From Coraliomargaritaceae bacterium (GTDB lineage Bacteria > Verrucomicrobiota > Verrucomicrobiia > Opitutales > Coraliomargaritaceae): DNA of 64,000 nucleotides. Shown here piece by piece: positions 10,132 through 19,970 of this stretch. Position 1 is the first letter of the stretch. Every line of letters starts with the position of its first letter. The notes below the pieces were generated by a model. It was not told the DNA's origin. It worked only from the letters and a program-made list of their open reading frames with translations, and made no database searches. A program made the translations under genes and the position numbers. The stretch is from contig CBFHKU010000010.1 in the NCBI GenBank assembly GCA_965656495.1, forward strand, positions 1 to 64,000, in the 5' to 3' direction.

Positions 10132-10302
10132 ATGCCACGAGAGCACATCATCCTTGAATGCACGGAAGCCCGCGAAGAGGGCAAACCTGTATCCCGTTAC
10201 ATGAGCACGCGCGACAAGCGCAAGCAACCGGACCGGGTTGAAAAGAAGAAATATAACAAATTTCTCCGTCGTCACACCTTGCATCGCGAGATCAAAAGCT
10301 AG
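10132..10302 (+). CDS. rpmG: 50S ribosomal protein L33 (not in ORF track)
   Basis: Hand translation MPREHIILECTEAREEGKPVSRYMSTRDKRKQPDRVEKKKYNKFLRRHTLHREIKS (56 aa). Confidence 0.95.
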   Translation: MPREHIILECTEAREEGKPVSRYMSTRDKRKQPDRVEKKKYNKFLRRHTLHREIKS

Positions 10303-10330
10303 CGGATTCATTCCGAGTGACTTTGCAAAC

Positions 10331-10355
10331 AACCCGCCTCGTGCGGGTTTTTTTT
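10331..10355 (+). terminator. intrinsic terminator after rpmG
   Basis: AACCCGC-ctcgt-GCGGGTT hairpin followed by a T-run, between convergent genes. Confidence 0.8.
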
Positions 10356-10364
10356 GTTTGGGCT

Positions 10365-10577
10365 TTAAGCCCTGCGCGCTTCACGCCAAGCGCTGCGGTG
10401 TTTGCGAATCCAGTCTAAGAGGGCACGCTCGAAACCGATATCGCGGCCCGCTTTTTCGGACTCCAGCCATTTGTGGCGGAGGATTTCATTCCGCTCCGCG
10501 AGGAACTCTTGATAGATGTTCGACTTTTTGGCGAAATCACTTGAGCGCGTGGCGGCGTTCTTTTGGTGGGTGCTCAT
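10365..10577 (-). CDS. small DUF4032-like protein
   Basis: EILRHKWLESEKAGRDIGFERALLDW motif. Confidence 0.75.
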   Translation of the reverse strand: MSTHQKNAATRSSDFAKKSNIYQEFLAERNEILRHKWLESEKAGRDIGFERALLDWIRKHRSAWREARRA

Positions 10578-10617
10578 GAGATGAAAAAATAAAATTATTT
10601 TAAACTTATACTAAACC

Positions 10618-11685
10618 CTAGTCATGATTGAAATTCATGTCAATCACATGCCCAGCCAGATCTTCAAAGGCTTTTGCGGCGTTGGAATCCGGACTGCCAA
10701 CGGTAATGGGAATACCGCGGTCCCCACCGATGCGCAGTTCGGGATCAAGTGGAATCTGGGCAAGGAGCGGGATTCCCAGTTGTTGGGCGGTTGCTTCGCC
10801 GCCGCCCGACCCGAATAATTCCTGACGTGAACCATCGGCAGCTTCGAGGTAGCTCATGTTTTCAACGACTCCGAGGAGGGGGACCTTGACCTTTTCAAAC
10901 ATGCGCGCCCCGCGACGGGCGACATTATGGGCGGCTGCCTGTGGGGTGGTGACAATGAGGGCACCATTGAGGGGGATGGTTTGGGTGAGGGAAAGCTGCG
11001 CATCGCCGGTGCCGGGAGGCAGGTCGATCAGGAGAATATCCAGTTCGCCCCAGTCCACATCCTGCGCGAATTGCTGGATGGTTTTCATAATCATGGGGCC
11101 TCGCCAGACAACGGGGGTTTCGTCATCGACCAGGAAGCCCATCGACATGGTTGAAACACCGAAGTTTTCAACGGGAATAATCTTGTTATTGCGCAGTTCG
11201 GGTCGTCCATTGGCACCCAGCATGAGGGGAACTGAGGGGCCGTAGATATCACAATCGAGAATCCCAATTCGGCCGCCCCCGTTTTGGTCGAGGTGCTTTT
11301 GCAGGGCGCATGCGAGATTGACGGTTACGGATGATTTGCCAACCCCGCCTTTACCACTGGCGATGGCAATGCAGGTTTTGACTTTGGCAAGAGGGCTGGG
11401 GGTGGGCACATTGCCTTGACCTTTGGGGCTTGCGGTTTGTTTAGGGGCGTTGACTTCCATTTGGACCTTCACCGCATCGCATCCCTCGATCGCGCCAAGG
11501 GTGGCTTTGATATCGGCGGCAATTTTTTCCGGAATTGCGGGGTCGGCAGTGGTGAGCTCAACAGTTACGTGGACGTTTGCGTCCTTGATTTGAATGTCCC
11601 GCACTAAACCAAAGGAGACAATATCGCGACTGAAGCCGGGATATTTTACGGTTTTGAGCTGCGCTTGAATTGTTTCAGGATTCAT
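10618..11685 (-). CDS. mrp: Mrp/ApbC/NBP35 Fe-S carrier ATPase
   Basis: SGKGGVGKS, DIYGPS, WRGPM, DLPPGTGD, VENMS. Confidence 0.95.
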   Translation of the reverse strand: MNPETIQAQLKTVKYPGFSRDIVSFGLVRDIQIKDANVHVTVELTTADPAIPEKIAADIKATLGAIEGCDAVKVQMEVNAPKQTASPKGQGNVPTPSPLAKVKTCIAIASGKGGVGKSSVTVNLACALQKHLDQNGGGRIGILDCDIYGPSVPLMLGANGRPELRNNKIIPVENFGVSTMSMGFLVDDETPVVWRGPMIMKTIQQFAQDVDWGELDILLIDLPPGTGDAQLSLTQTIPLNGALIVTTPQAAAHNVARRGARMFEKVKVPLLGVVENMSYLEAADGSRQELFGSGGGEATAQQLGIPLLAQIPLDPELRIGGDRGIPITVGSPDSNAAKAFEDLAGHVIDMNFNHD

Positions 11686-11800
11686 AAAGTAGGCGAATGT
11701 AGTGAGAGTTGGGAGGGTCTCAATCTGAAAGGAAGATATTTTTTGGTTTTCGGACGCTTTGAAATTGCGGGAGGCGCATTTGGCTCACAAAAATAATGCC

Positions 11801-13000
11801 ATGCGTCAGGTTTACATGTTCTGCTTTGTTTTGGTTGGTTGGAGCAGTCTTTGGCTGTCTGCTGTTGCGGCCGAGTCCGTTATTGTGCTACCCGGCATAA
11901 CGCGCAATACGGAAGGCGTGACCACGGTTGCACTCGAGTGCAATGACAAAGCTTTGCTCGCGCTTGGGAAACGGGCCTTTGGTATGCATGGCGGCTTTCG
12001 TTTAACAGAAAATGCTCAAGCGGCTTTTCTTGTTCAATTAGAGGTAATCCAATCGGAGGTGCGGGTGTCGGTGCGCTCCGGGGCAAGTGCCGGGGTTTTA
12101 TGGGAATCGAAGACGAGTGATCCCAACTTGGGGCAGGCATTACTGCGGGCCTGCGATGGTGCGGTTGAATATATGACGGGGAAGCCCGGGTTTTTTGCGG
12201 GGAAACTGGTCTTTGTCGGAAAGCGCGGCGGAGTTAGCGAGTTGTATTCAAGTGATTTGTTCTTCCGCTCGGTTGTTACGCTGACCGCGGACCGGGCCTT
12301 GGTGACCGGCCCCAGTTGGTCACCGGATGGCAAGAAAATCCTTTACACGACCTATTTTAAATCGGGGTTTCCGGATTTATACGCATTGGATTTGGGGGCG
12401 AGGCAACGCTATCCAATCGCCACGTATAAAGGAACGAACTCCGGGGGACGTTTCAGTCCGGACGGTTCCAGAATCGCGATGGTGATATCGGGATCGGGGG
12501 ACACGGAGCTTTGTGTGAGTGATGCCAGCGGCAAAAACTTAAGGCGACTCACGCGCAACCAGAGCTTGGAGTCGGGGCCGAGTTGGTCGCCGGACGGGAG
12601 CCAATTGGTCTTTACCTCGGATATGCGTGGCAAGCCGCAGTTGTTTACAATCCCATCAGGTGGAGGCACGGCGCGCCGTTTGCCGACGCAGGTGAGCAGT
12701 TTTTGCACCGAGCCGACTTGGAATCCGGTAGACTCCGGTAAGATTGCTTTCACGGCGTCCACGGGCGGTGGGTTTCAGATTGCGCTCTACGATGCGAGTG
12801 CAGGACGTGCCCGGGTGTTGACTTCGGTGCGCGGTTCGGCGGTTGAGCCGGCATGGTTGAATGATGGGCGACATCTGGTTTTCACGCAGCGAGAGGGCGG
12901 CAGTACGCGTCTGGTGTTGCTGGACAGCAAAAACGGTAAAATGACACCCTTACACCGCACGAACTTTGGTTCGGCTTCCAGCGCGAGTTTTGTGTACTAG
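11801..13000 (+). CDS. tolB: TolB-like periplasmic beta-propeller protein
   Basis: Signal peptide; repeated PD40 motifs (PSWSPDG, FSPDG). Confidence 0.8.
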   Translation: MRQVYMFCFVLVGWSSLWLSAVAAESVIVLPGITRNTEGVTTVALECNDKALLALGKRAFGMHGGFRLTENAQAAFLVQLEVIQSEVRVSVRSGASAGVLWESKTSDPNLGQALLRACDGAVEYMTGKPGFFAGKLVFVGKRGGVSELYSSDLFFRSVVTLTADRALVTGPSWSPDGKKILYTTYFKSGFPDLYALDLGARQRYPIATYKGTNSGGRFSPDGSRIAMVISGSGDTELCVSDASGKNLRRLTRNQSLESGPSWSPDGSQLVFTSDMRGKPQLFTIPSGGGTARRLPTQVSSFCTEPTWNPVDSGKIAFTASTGGGFQIALYDASAGRARVLTSVRGSAVEPAWLNDGRHLVFTQREGGSTRLVLLDSKNGKMTPLHRTNFGSASSASFVY

Positions 13001-13008
13001 AACCGGAT

Positions 13009-14322
13009 TTATTTGCGGGTCAGTTGGCTGGCTTTGATGACGCGGCTCCAGATTTCCTTACCTTCAATGTTCATGACGCGGAGGCGAATCTGGCGGTCAT
13101 TTTCCGGACCTTCGAAGTCAATGAGGGCAAACTGACGCTCAAGGGTATTGGTGCCGGGCATACGGAAGAAATTGAGCTCGTCACTTTCGGCGGGGATTGC
13201 GGTGAGCGGGCCAACGGTGAGGTCGTAAATATTGTAGCTGTTTGCGTGGACGAGGCGGGTCAGTTCACCATTGGTTTTACCGCCACTGATAAAGAAGAGG
13301 CCCTGGATGCGTTCGGAGCGCAGCATTTCCAAAAGTTTGTTTTGTTCGTAGTTGGCGGCGCTGAGGTTGGCAGGGTTTTCGGCGGGGTTCAGGATGGGAG
13401 CACCGGCGATGACGACCTTAAAGGTAGCGGTGCTGGCGATGAGTTCCTGTCGCAGCCATTCAATTTGCTCGTCGCCGAGGATTTTTGGGAAGCTATCGGA
13501 TTTGACGGAATTGATCCGATGGCTTCGAACGTCGAGAAGGATGAAATCAACGTCTGAGTAACGAAAGCGGGTCATCACGCCGGGAAGGCCGGGGATTTTG
13601 GTGGGCAGGGGCCAGTATGCCTTGAAGGCTTGCTCGGCAAATTCCCGATTTGCGTAGTATTTTCCGACGTTTTTTGGGGCGTAGTCGTGTTGTGCCCAAG
13701 TCGCAATGTTGGGGACGTTTGCGAGGAGCGCTTGGAGTTCGGGTACCGCGCGAGCAGTGGAGAAGCGCTTGAGGTAACCGCTTTGGGTGGTCCAATCACT
13801 TTCTCTAAGGTGCGCGGTGTTGCCCGCCCAAATCATGTAGTTCGGTTCACTTTCTAAAATACTTTTAAATATGGAATAGCCACCGCCAAGGATTTGGTAG
13901 GGGGGTTCGTAGTTTTCTTGAACTGCATAGTGCGCGCCACCGACTGCGATACGAAAGTCGGGTGGCGGGGTACGTTCATGGTAGAATTGCGGGGATTCAA
14001 AGCTGCCGCCGAGCTGGGTGAGCTTCCCGTCGATTTCGATGGCGTATCGGTATTGCTGGCCGGGCTCAATTTTTTGCAGTTTGATGGCGGCGGTATTGGC
14101 AAGATTGGGGTTTGTTTCTACGGGAAGGCTCCACTCCTCGCGATTGTTTTTATCGCGGTATTGCACGCGAACCAAGGCGGGTTGGTCCGTTTGAATCCAG
14201 ACTGTCGCTTCGCGCATTTCCAGATTTGCCAGCATCGGACCGGCCACAATGTCAGCGTACAGGGTTCCGAATCCCGTAAAAATTAGAAGCAAGGCGGTGA
14301 AAGCTTTATTAAATAAACGCAT
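13009..14322 (-). CDS. PhoD-family alkaline-phosphatase-fold protein (degenerate metal site)
   Basis: Signal peptide, VAGPML, LLDVRSHR, ILGDEQIEWL; metal-ligand motifs altered. Confidence 0.75.
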   Translation of the reverse strand: MRLFNKAFTALLLIFTGFGTLYADIVAGPMLANLEMREATVWIQTDQPALVRVQYRDKNNREEWSLPVETNPNLANTAAIKLQKIEPGQQYRYAIEIDGKLTQLGGSFESPQFYHERTPPPDFRIAVGGAHYAVQENYEPPYQILGGGYSIFKSILESEPNYMIWAGNTAHLRESDWTTQSGYLKRFSTARAVPELQALLANVPNIATWAQHDYAPKNVGKYYANREFAEQAFKAYWPLPTKIPGLPGVMTRFRYSDVDFILLDVRSHRINSVKSDSFPKILGDEQIEWLRQELIASTATFKVVIAGAPILNPAENPANLSAANYEQNKLLEMLRSERIQGLFFISGGKTNGELTRLVHANSYNIYDLTVGPLTAIPAESDELNFFRMPGTNTLERQFALIDFEGPENDRQIRLRVMNIEGKEIWSRVIKASQLTRK

Positions 14323-14362
14323 TGAAAGTGTTTCGCATGGCAGTGCGAAGTGAATGAAGGGG

Positions 14363-15052
14363 TTAGTCGGAGTCGTTTCCTGGTTTGCGCTGGCACTCGG
14401 TGCGGCAATCGCTCATGACGCGGATCCAGAGTTCGCGCAGGTCAAATATACGAATGTGTATTTCGCGGCGAAAGGCTTCAAGAAATTCCCGGTTGGGGTG
14501 TTGTAGTTGATCGAGGAGGGATAAGCTCCGGTTCAGCGCATGGAGGCTATTTTTGAGGTGGCAAATGGTGAGCCCGAAGTCGCCCAGATCAAGCGCCTGT
14601 ATCGAAAGCAGAACATTTGTTTCGGCTTGGTGAAGGCTATTTGCGTAGTTCCATGCCAAGAGGGCGGGGACTTCGCTTTGCTCGTGGTTGAGGAAGTGGT
14701 CCCAGCTTTGGTGGAGATAACGGTAAAGGGCTTTGCTGACGATGATGACCGGATGTTTGTGGAGCGTGTAGGGGCTCGAATCGTTCTCATCACCGGCATT
14801 GTCTTCGTCTTCCAATTCAGGGTTGCTGAAATCGTCCGTCATCGAAATGTCGTTGGCATCCCAACCCATGAGGGATGCGATTTCGTCCAAATGATTCGGT
14901 TTGTCTTTTAAGGAATTATAGTAGGACAAAAATCGGGCAACTTCTCGATCCGCAGCATTGAGATACCCGCGCCACTGGGATTCGCCCCAATAGGGCCCGT
15001 TGGCGAATTCATCCCAGTTGCCTTCGGAATTTTCAAAATTTGGTTCGCTCAT
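14363..15052 (-). CDS. hypothetical acidic alpha-helical protein
   Basis: Long ORF filling the gap, protein-like composition; ATG at 15052. Confidence 0.7.
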   Translation of the reverse strand: MSEPNFENSEGNWDEFANGPYWGESQWRGYLNAADREVARFLSYYNSLKDKPNHLDEIASLMGWDANDISMTDDFSNPELEDEDNAGDENDSSPYTLHKHPVIIVSKALYRYLHQSWDHFLNHEQSEVPALLAWNYANSLHQAETNVLLSIQALDLGDFGLTICHLKNSLHALNRSLSLLDQLQHPNREFLEAFRREIHIRIFDLRELWIRVMSDCRTECQRKPGNDSD

Positions 15053-15260
15053 GAATCTACAGTGATGTTTCCAAAAAACATTGTCGGTGAGGTGTCTAAA
15101 ATCAACCACCTTTTTGAAATTCTGTCAGGTTATAGCTTGGATTTTTAGCGACTCCTTTAGGGGCCACGCTTAAATAGAGGGGGTGTGCGTTAATTTGCCG
15201 CTTAAGATTGATTTGTAAATAAACTGGCAGTAGCGAAAAAGGCCTCTTAAAAGTGGTTGT

Positions 15261-15551
15261 ATGGATGAAATTGTATTCCGTTTAAATGCTTGGTTTGAGG
15301 GACACGTGCAGGGCGTGGGCTTCCGTTATCAGACGGTGCAGATCGCGAAGGCTTATGAATTAAGCGGCTGCGTGCGCAATTTGATGGATGGGCGGGTCCA
15401 CTTGCTGGCGGAGGGAGCGGAAGCGGAAGTGCGGGCATTTGTCGCGGCAGTCGAGGAAGATTTATCGAGCTACATTAAGAAGGTGGAACTTAAGTCGGGA
15501 GCGGGCCCCCGCGAATGCAAGGGTTTCACTATTTCGAAGACGGATGACTGA
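15261..15551 (+). CDS. acyP: acylphosphatase
   Basis: GHVQGVGFR and [11 protein letters not shown]. Confidence 0.93.
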   Translation: MDEIVFRLNAWFEGHVQGVGFRYQTVQIAKAYELSGCVRNLMDGRVHLLAEGAEAEVRAFVAAVEEDLSSYIKKVELKSGAGPRECKGFTISKTDD

Positions 15552-16404
15552 GGTAGCGATACGCATCGAGAATCTGGTAAAGGATTTTCCGGTTGGTTTA
15601 AGGGGCAAGCAAGTGCGGGCCCTGGATGGCTTGAATCTTGAAGTGGGTGCCAATCAAATCTTTGGTTTGCTCGGTCCGAACGGAAGCGGGAAGAGCACCA
15701 CGATCAAGGTTTTGCTTGGCTTGCTGCGACCTTCAAGTGGGGCGGGCGAGATCTTTGGGATGCCGGTTGGCAGTTTGGAGGCGCGGCGTATTTTGGGTTA
15801 TCTGCCGGAGGTGCCGCATTTTTATCGATTTCTGACGGGTCGGGAATTGTTGCGGTATTATGCGCGGGTCTCGGGGGTGCCTCGCAGGGCACGCGAAGGG
15901 CGGATTTCTGACGCCTTGGAACAGGTGGGCATGGAGTCGGCGGCGGGACGGCGACTCGGGACTTACTCAAAGGGTATGTTGCAACGGGTGGGTTTGGCGC
16001 AGGCCCTGGTGCATGATCCGCAATTACTGATTCTGGATGAACCGACTGCGGGGGTGGATCCGGAGGGAACTGCGGCGATTGGCTTGATTCTTCGCGATTT
16101 AAAGGCACGGGGAAAAACGATTCTCTTGAGTTCGCATCTCTTGGCGCAAATGGAGGGGCTCTGTGACCGGGTTGCAATTTTAAACAAGGGGCGACTCCTA
16201 TGCGAAGGGGCAGTGGAGGAATTGTTGATAAAGGAGGGGACGGATTCTTTCGTGACTGAGGGTCTGGATGCCTCGGGGCGGGCAGCGGTGGAAGCGGCGA
16301 TTGGGGCTTCCGGCGGGCGTTTGCGTGGAGTAGAACCGGCGCGGCGCGGTTTGGAGGAGTTATTTTCTGAGGCAATAAAGGACGAGGGGGAGGAAGCGGA
16401 ATGA
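15544..16404 (+). CDS. ABC transporter ATP-binding protein
   Basis: [27 protein letters not shown] at 15544. Confidence 0.93.
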   Translation: MTEVAIRIENLVKDFPVGLRGKQVRALDGLNLEVGANQIFGLLGPNGSGKSTTIKVLLGLLRPSSGAGEIFGMPVGSLEARRILGYLPEVPHFYRFLTGRELLRYYARVSGVPRRAREGRISDALEQVGMESAAGRRLGTYSKGMLQRVGLAQALVHDPQLLILDEPTAGVDPEGTAAIGLILRDLKARGKTILLSSHLLAQMEGLCDRVAILNKGRLLCEGAVEELLIKEGTDSFVTEGLDASGRAAVEAAIGASGGRLRGVEPARRGLEELFSEAIKDEGEEAE

Positions 16405-17219
16405 GCGGGCGGATGGATCAGATTTTGGCGGTGTGCGGACTGACTTTTACGGAGGCGGTGCGGCAGAAGTTCTTTTATATTGTTGTATTGATTGGCAGTG
16501 GAATGGTGTTGGGTTCCGGATATTTTCAGCAATTTGACTTTGGGGTAGATGAATTAAAGTTTGTGATCGATTTCAGTTTTGGGACTTTGTTTTTCTTGGG
16601 GTCGATTTTGGTGATCACAGCGGGCACCCAGCTTTTTTACAGTGAGATTGAAAATCGCACTGCGCATACCCTGTTGGCGAAACCGGTTCGGCATTTTGAT
16701 TTTCTGTTGGGAAAATTGTGCGGGGTGCAACTATTGATGCTTTTATTCGTGATGCTGCTGTGTGGATTAATGACGGGCTTGTTGTATTTGCGCGTGCAGG
16801 CGCTGCCGTTTGTGGAGGGGGCTACGCTGGTGCGTTATGGGGAATTATGGCTGTATGGATTTTTGCAATGGGCACGGTTTGGGGTTCTGGGCGCGGTTTG
16901 TTTATTGGTGGGTAGTTTTGCGCGCTCTTATCTTTATGCGATGATGGTATCGTTCTTCTTCATGCTTGTGGGTCAGTTGCAATATATCGCGGAGGAAAGT
17001 TACCGGGAGATTACGTTTTTGCCCTTGCGATGGGTCGTGCAGGCCTTGGCTTGGGTCTTTCCGAATCTGCAGGTTTTTAACGTAGGCGATCAATTGGGTC
17101 ATATGGAGGCGGCGGGGCTTCCCTTGTTTTTGGTGCTGCAATTGTTGTTGTATGCGGCGGCTTATATTTTGGTGTATTTATGGTTGGCGTGGTGGAATTT
17201 TAAACGGCGGGAGCTTTAG
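16401..17219 (+). CDS. ABC-2-type permease
   Basis: TFTEAVRQK, EIENRT..LLAKPVR..FLLGK, about 6 TM helices, ends FKRREL. Confidence 0.85.
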   Translation: MSGRMDQILAVCGLTFTEAVRQKFFYIVVLIGSGMVLGSGYFQQFDFGVDELKFVIDFSFGTLFFLGSILVITAGTQLFYSEIENRTAHTLLAKPVRHFDFLLGKLCGVQLLMLLFVMLLCGLMTGLLYLRVQALPFVEGATLVRYGELWLYGFLQWARFGVLGAVCLLVGSFARSYLYAMMVSFFFMLVGQLQYIAEESYREITFLPLRWVVQALAWVFPNLQVFNVGDQLGHMEAAGLPLFLVLQLLLYAAAYILVYLWLAWWNFKRREL

Positions 17220-18028
17220 TGAAGGCAAAGGGCGCAGTTGAATTCCCCCTTTTGGAACGCCTGCAAACTTGGGCGGTGGCATTCCTGGTTCTGCTGGGAG
17301 CGGCGCTCGTTTTGAAACCGGTCAAAGAGGTATGCTGGGAGGCGGTACAGGCGGGGCAGGCAGAATTGCGCGTCGATTCCCTGGATGAATCGGTTGGGCA
17401 GGGGGTAGTGCTGGGGGTCTTGGGCGGCTTGCGCTCCTTGGTGGCTGATTTTGCCTGGTTAGAGTTGAATCGCAAGTGGGAGGCGCGTGACCGGGCGGGA
17501 CTGGGCGCGATGATTCAATTGGTCACCAGTATTGATCCACGACCGGAGTTTTTTTGGATCAATAGTGCGCGCATGATTGGTTACGATGTGCCGCACTGGC
17601 GGATTGCGGAAGCGGGTGGCTATGGTTTGGTGCCTGAAACGGAGCAGGCCGCCATCAATGCGGAGCAGGCGATGCAGGCGCTGGCACTCCTGGACCGCGC
17701 CTTGAGCTATCACTCAGATAGTGCGCGCTTGAAGCTGGAAGTCGGTCAGATCTATTTGAATCGCTTAAAGAATTATGAATTGGCGGCGGAATGGTTCCTA
17801 AAGGCGACGAAAGAAAAAGATGCACCCTATTACGCGGCGCGCATCTATGCGGATTTGTTGGTGCGCTTGAGTCGGGAGATGGAAGCCTACGCCTATTTGA
17901 AGGAATTATATTTGAATTTACCGGATGATCCCATGGCGCAGGGGGATATTGTTTTGGAGCGGATTCGTGAATTAGAGGAACGGTTGGGCTTGGCGGGGGA
18001 TGCGGTTTTTCGCCCAAGTACGGATTAA
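17219..18028 (+). CDS. membrane-anchored TPR-like protein
   Basis: N-terminal TM, GGLRSLVADFAWL, helical repeats; coupled to the permease stop. Confidence 0.7.
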   Translation: MKAKGAVEFPLLERLQTWAVAFLVLLGAALVLKPVKEVCWEAVQAGQAELRVDSLDESVGQGVVLGVLGGLRSLVADFAWLELNRKWEARDRAGLGAMIQLVTSIDPRPEFFWINSARMIGYDVPHWRIAEAGGYGLVPETEQAAINAEQAMQALALLDRALSYHSDSARLKLEVGQIYLNRLKNYELAAEWFLKATKEKDAPYYAARIYADLLVRLSREMEAYAYLKELYLNLPDDPMAQGDIVLERIRELEERLGLAGDAVFRPSTD

Positions 18029-18068
18029 TCGTTGCCTGCGGTCGGGTATTCAAGGCAATAAAGAGAGG

Positions 18069-18896
18069 ATGAATGGAAATCGTCAGGCGCAGGCACGTTA
18101 TGCTACAGAACTCCGGCAGCGTATCAACGCGGGCCGTGAGGCCGTGAAAAGCCAGATCGGTTTTTTCACTCGTCAGTTTGGGGAGGTGCCCAGTGAATGG
18201 AAAGCGGATGATACCCGTGTGACTTTTGCGGATTTTGCAATTTCTGAGCAAGTCGCGATGCATCTGCGGCGGGATTTCCCGAAGGATGATTTCTGTAGTG
18301 AGGAGTCGGCTCCAATGGATGAGGATCAGGTGTTGGAGGCGCCCTTCGCCTGGGTGTTGGATCCGATCGACGGGACAAATAATTACGCGCTGGGTTTCCC
18401 GGTTTGCGCGGTTTCACTGGCGCTTTTATATGAAGGCGTGCCGGTTTACGGGTTTTTATACGAGCATCTGACGGGAAGTATTTTAGAAGGCGGGGCGGGA
18501 TATGGTCTCTTTCGTGATCGCAAACGGCTTGATCGGGATGCCTTGGCGGCGGAAGCTCAAACGATGCTGGGCTTGCATTTTCCGATGCCGGCGGAACACC
18601 TGCGTGCTTTGGAGCCCTTGCTTTCGCGTTATCGGGTGCGTTGCCTCGGGAGCGGGGCCCTTGCACTGTCACAGGTTGCGACCGGGTATTTGAGTGGGGC
18701 GGTCGATTTTCGCGTGAAAGTCTGGGATTTGGCCGCGGCTTATGCGCTCTGCGGGGCGAGTGGGGTGCAGGTGAATTTTATGGGAGCAAACCCTTTTCCT
18801 TTAAGACGCTTTAATCCACAGATGGAGTTTTGCCCGTATTATGCCGGTACGGAGGCGTTTCTGGGAGAGATAGAATCCTGCTTGGGGGAGGGCTGA
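18069..18896 (+). CDS. inositol monophosphatase family protein
   Basis: SEES, WVLDPIDGTNNY, WDLAA. Confidence 0.9.
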   Translation: MNGNRQAQARYATELRQRINAGREAVKSQIGFFTRQFGEVPSEWKADDTRVTFADFAISEQVAMHLRRDFPKDDFCSEESAPMDEDQVLEAPFAWVLDPIDGTNNYALGFPVCAVSLALLYEGVPVYGFLYEHLTGSILEGGAGYGLFRDRKRLDRDALAAEAQTMLGLHFPMPAEHLRALEPLLSRYRVRCLGSGALALSQVATGYLSGAVDFRVKVWDLAAAYALCGASGVQVNFMGANPFPLRRFNPQMEFCPYYAGTEAFLGEIESCLGEG

Positions 18897-18902
18897 ATGG
18901 GT

Positions 18903-19970
18903 TTAAACGTTTTGGCTTTTCTCGGTCGGCATAAGCGCGCGGCGCCGCAGTTGTAGCCAGAGCTGCCAAGCTTGCGCGTTTAGAAGGACATGTGCCGGTT
19001 CGCATTCGGCGTTACGGCGCGCCAGGTTTTCGTTGGCGATTGCGGCAAGGTCGTCGAGGTTATATAGGTAGCAGTTTTCGAGTTTGTTAAGGCTTGGATC
19101 AAGGTCACGTGGCATCGCCAAATCGATGAGGAAAAAGGGTTGGGCGGGGCGGGCACGCCGGGCGTCGAGGAAGTCCTCGTGTTTCAGGATAAGACCGGGG
19201 GCGGCGGTTGAGCTAATGACGATATCAAATTGATCGAGGGAAGTATGGATTTCTTCGAAGGGCAGGGCATTGGCATCCAGTTGGGCGGCGAGGTGTTGGG
19301 CGTTTTCTGCGGTGCGGCTGGAGACCGCTAGATGCTGGACGCCCCGGTTCTTGAGGGCTTGAGCGGTGCGTTGACCGACTTCTCCGCTTCCGATTAAGAG
19401 AACGCGACTTTTTTGGAGTTTTCCGAAAATACGTTTGGCGAGGTCTGCGGCGATGTTGCCAATACTGACCTGACCTTTGTCGATGCCGGTTTGGGTGCGG
19501 ACAATTTTTGCCGTTTGGAAGCTTTTTTCGAAGAGGCGGTTGAGGATGGAACCGGTGTTTTCAAACTCCTGCGCGGTCGCGAGGGCTTGTTTCATTTGGC
19601 CGAGGATTTCCGTTTCACCGAGGATTTGGGAGTCGAGGCCTGCTGCGAGAGAGAAGGCGTGCTGAATGGCGCTGAGGTTATGCAAGCGGTAAGCGTGGGC
19701 AGCGAGTAGGTCGTTCTTTATATTGAGTGAACGGCAAAGGATCTCGCGAATGCTTTGTTGGGCATTTTCGTTGCGGGCATGGACGTAAATTTCAAGGCGG
19801 TTGCAGGTGGAGAGCACCAGGCTCTCGGAGAAGTCGTGGCATGCACGAAGTTCTTGAAGCAGCGCCGGGATTTTTTCCGGACTGAGGGCAAGGCGCTCGC
19901 GGACTTCTAGCGGGGTTTCGTGATGAGAACAACCCAGCACGAAGAGAGACTGCAAATTCGTTTTGCTCAT
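18903..19970 (-). CDS. hemA: glutamyl-tRNA reductase
   Basis: [33 protein letters not shown] at 19970. Confidence 0.93.
   Translation of the reverse strand: MSKTNLQSLFVLGCSHHETPLEVRERLALSPEKIPALLQELRACHDFSESLVLSTCNRLEIYVHARNENAQQSIREILCRSLNIKNDLLAAHAYRLHNLSAIQHAFSLAAGLDSQILGETEILGQMKQALATAQEFENTGSILNRLFEKSFQTAKIVRTQTGIDKGQVSIGNIAADLAKRIFGKLQKSRVLLIGSGEVGQRTAQALKNRGVQHLAVSSRTAENAQHLAAQLDANALPFEEIHTSLDQFDIVISSTAAPGLILKHEDFLDARRARPAQPFFLIDLAMPRDLDPSLNKLENCYLYNLDDLAAIANENLARRNAECEPAHVLLNAQAWQLWLQLRRRALMPTEKSQNV

Noticed and set aside
15110..15260. Possible ncRNA in the intergenic gap
   Set aside because: No tRNA, SRP or riboswitch consensus recognisable; most simply a divergent promoter region.
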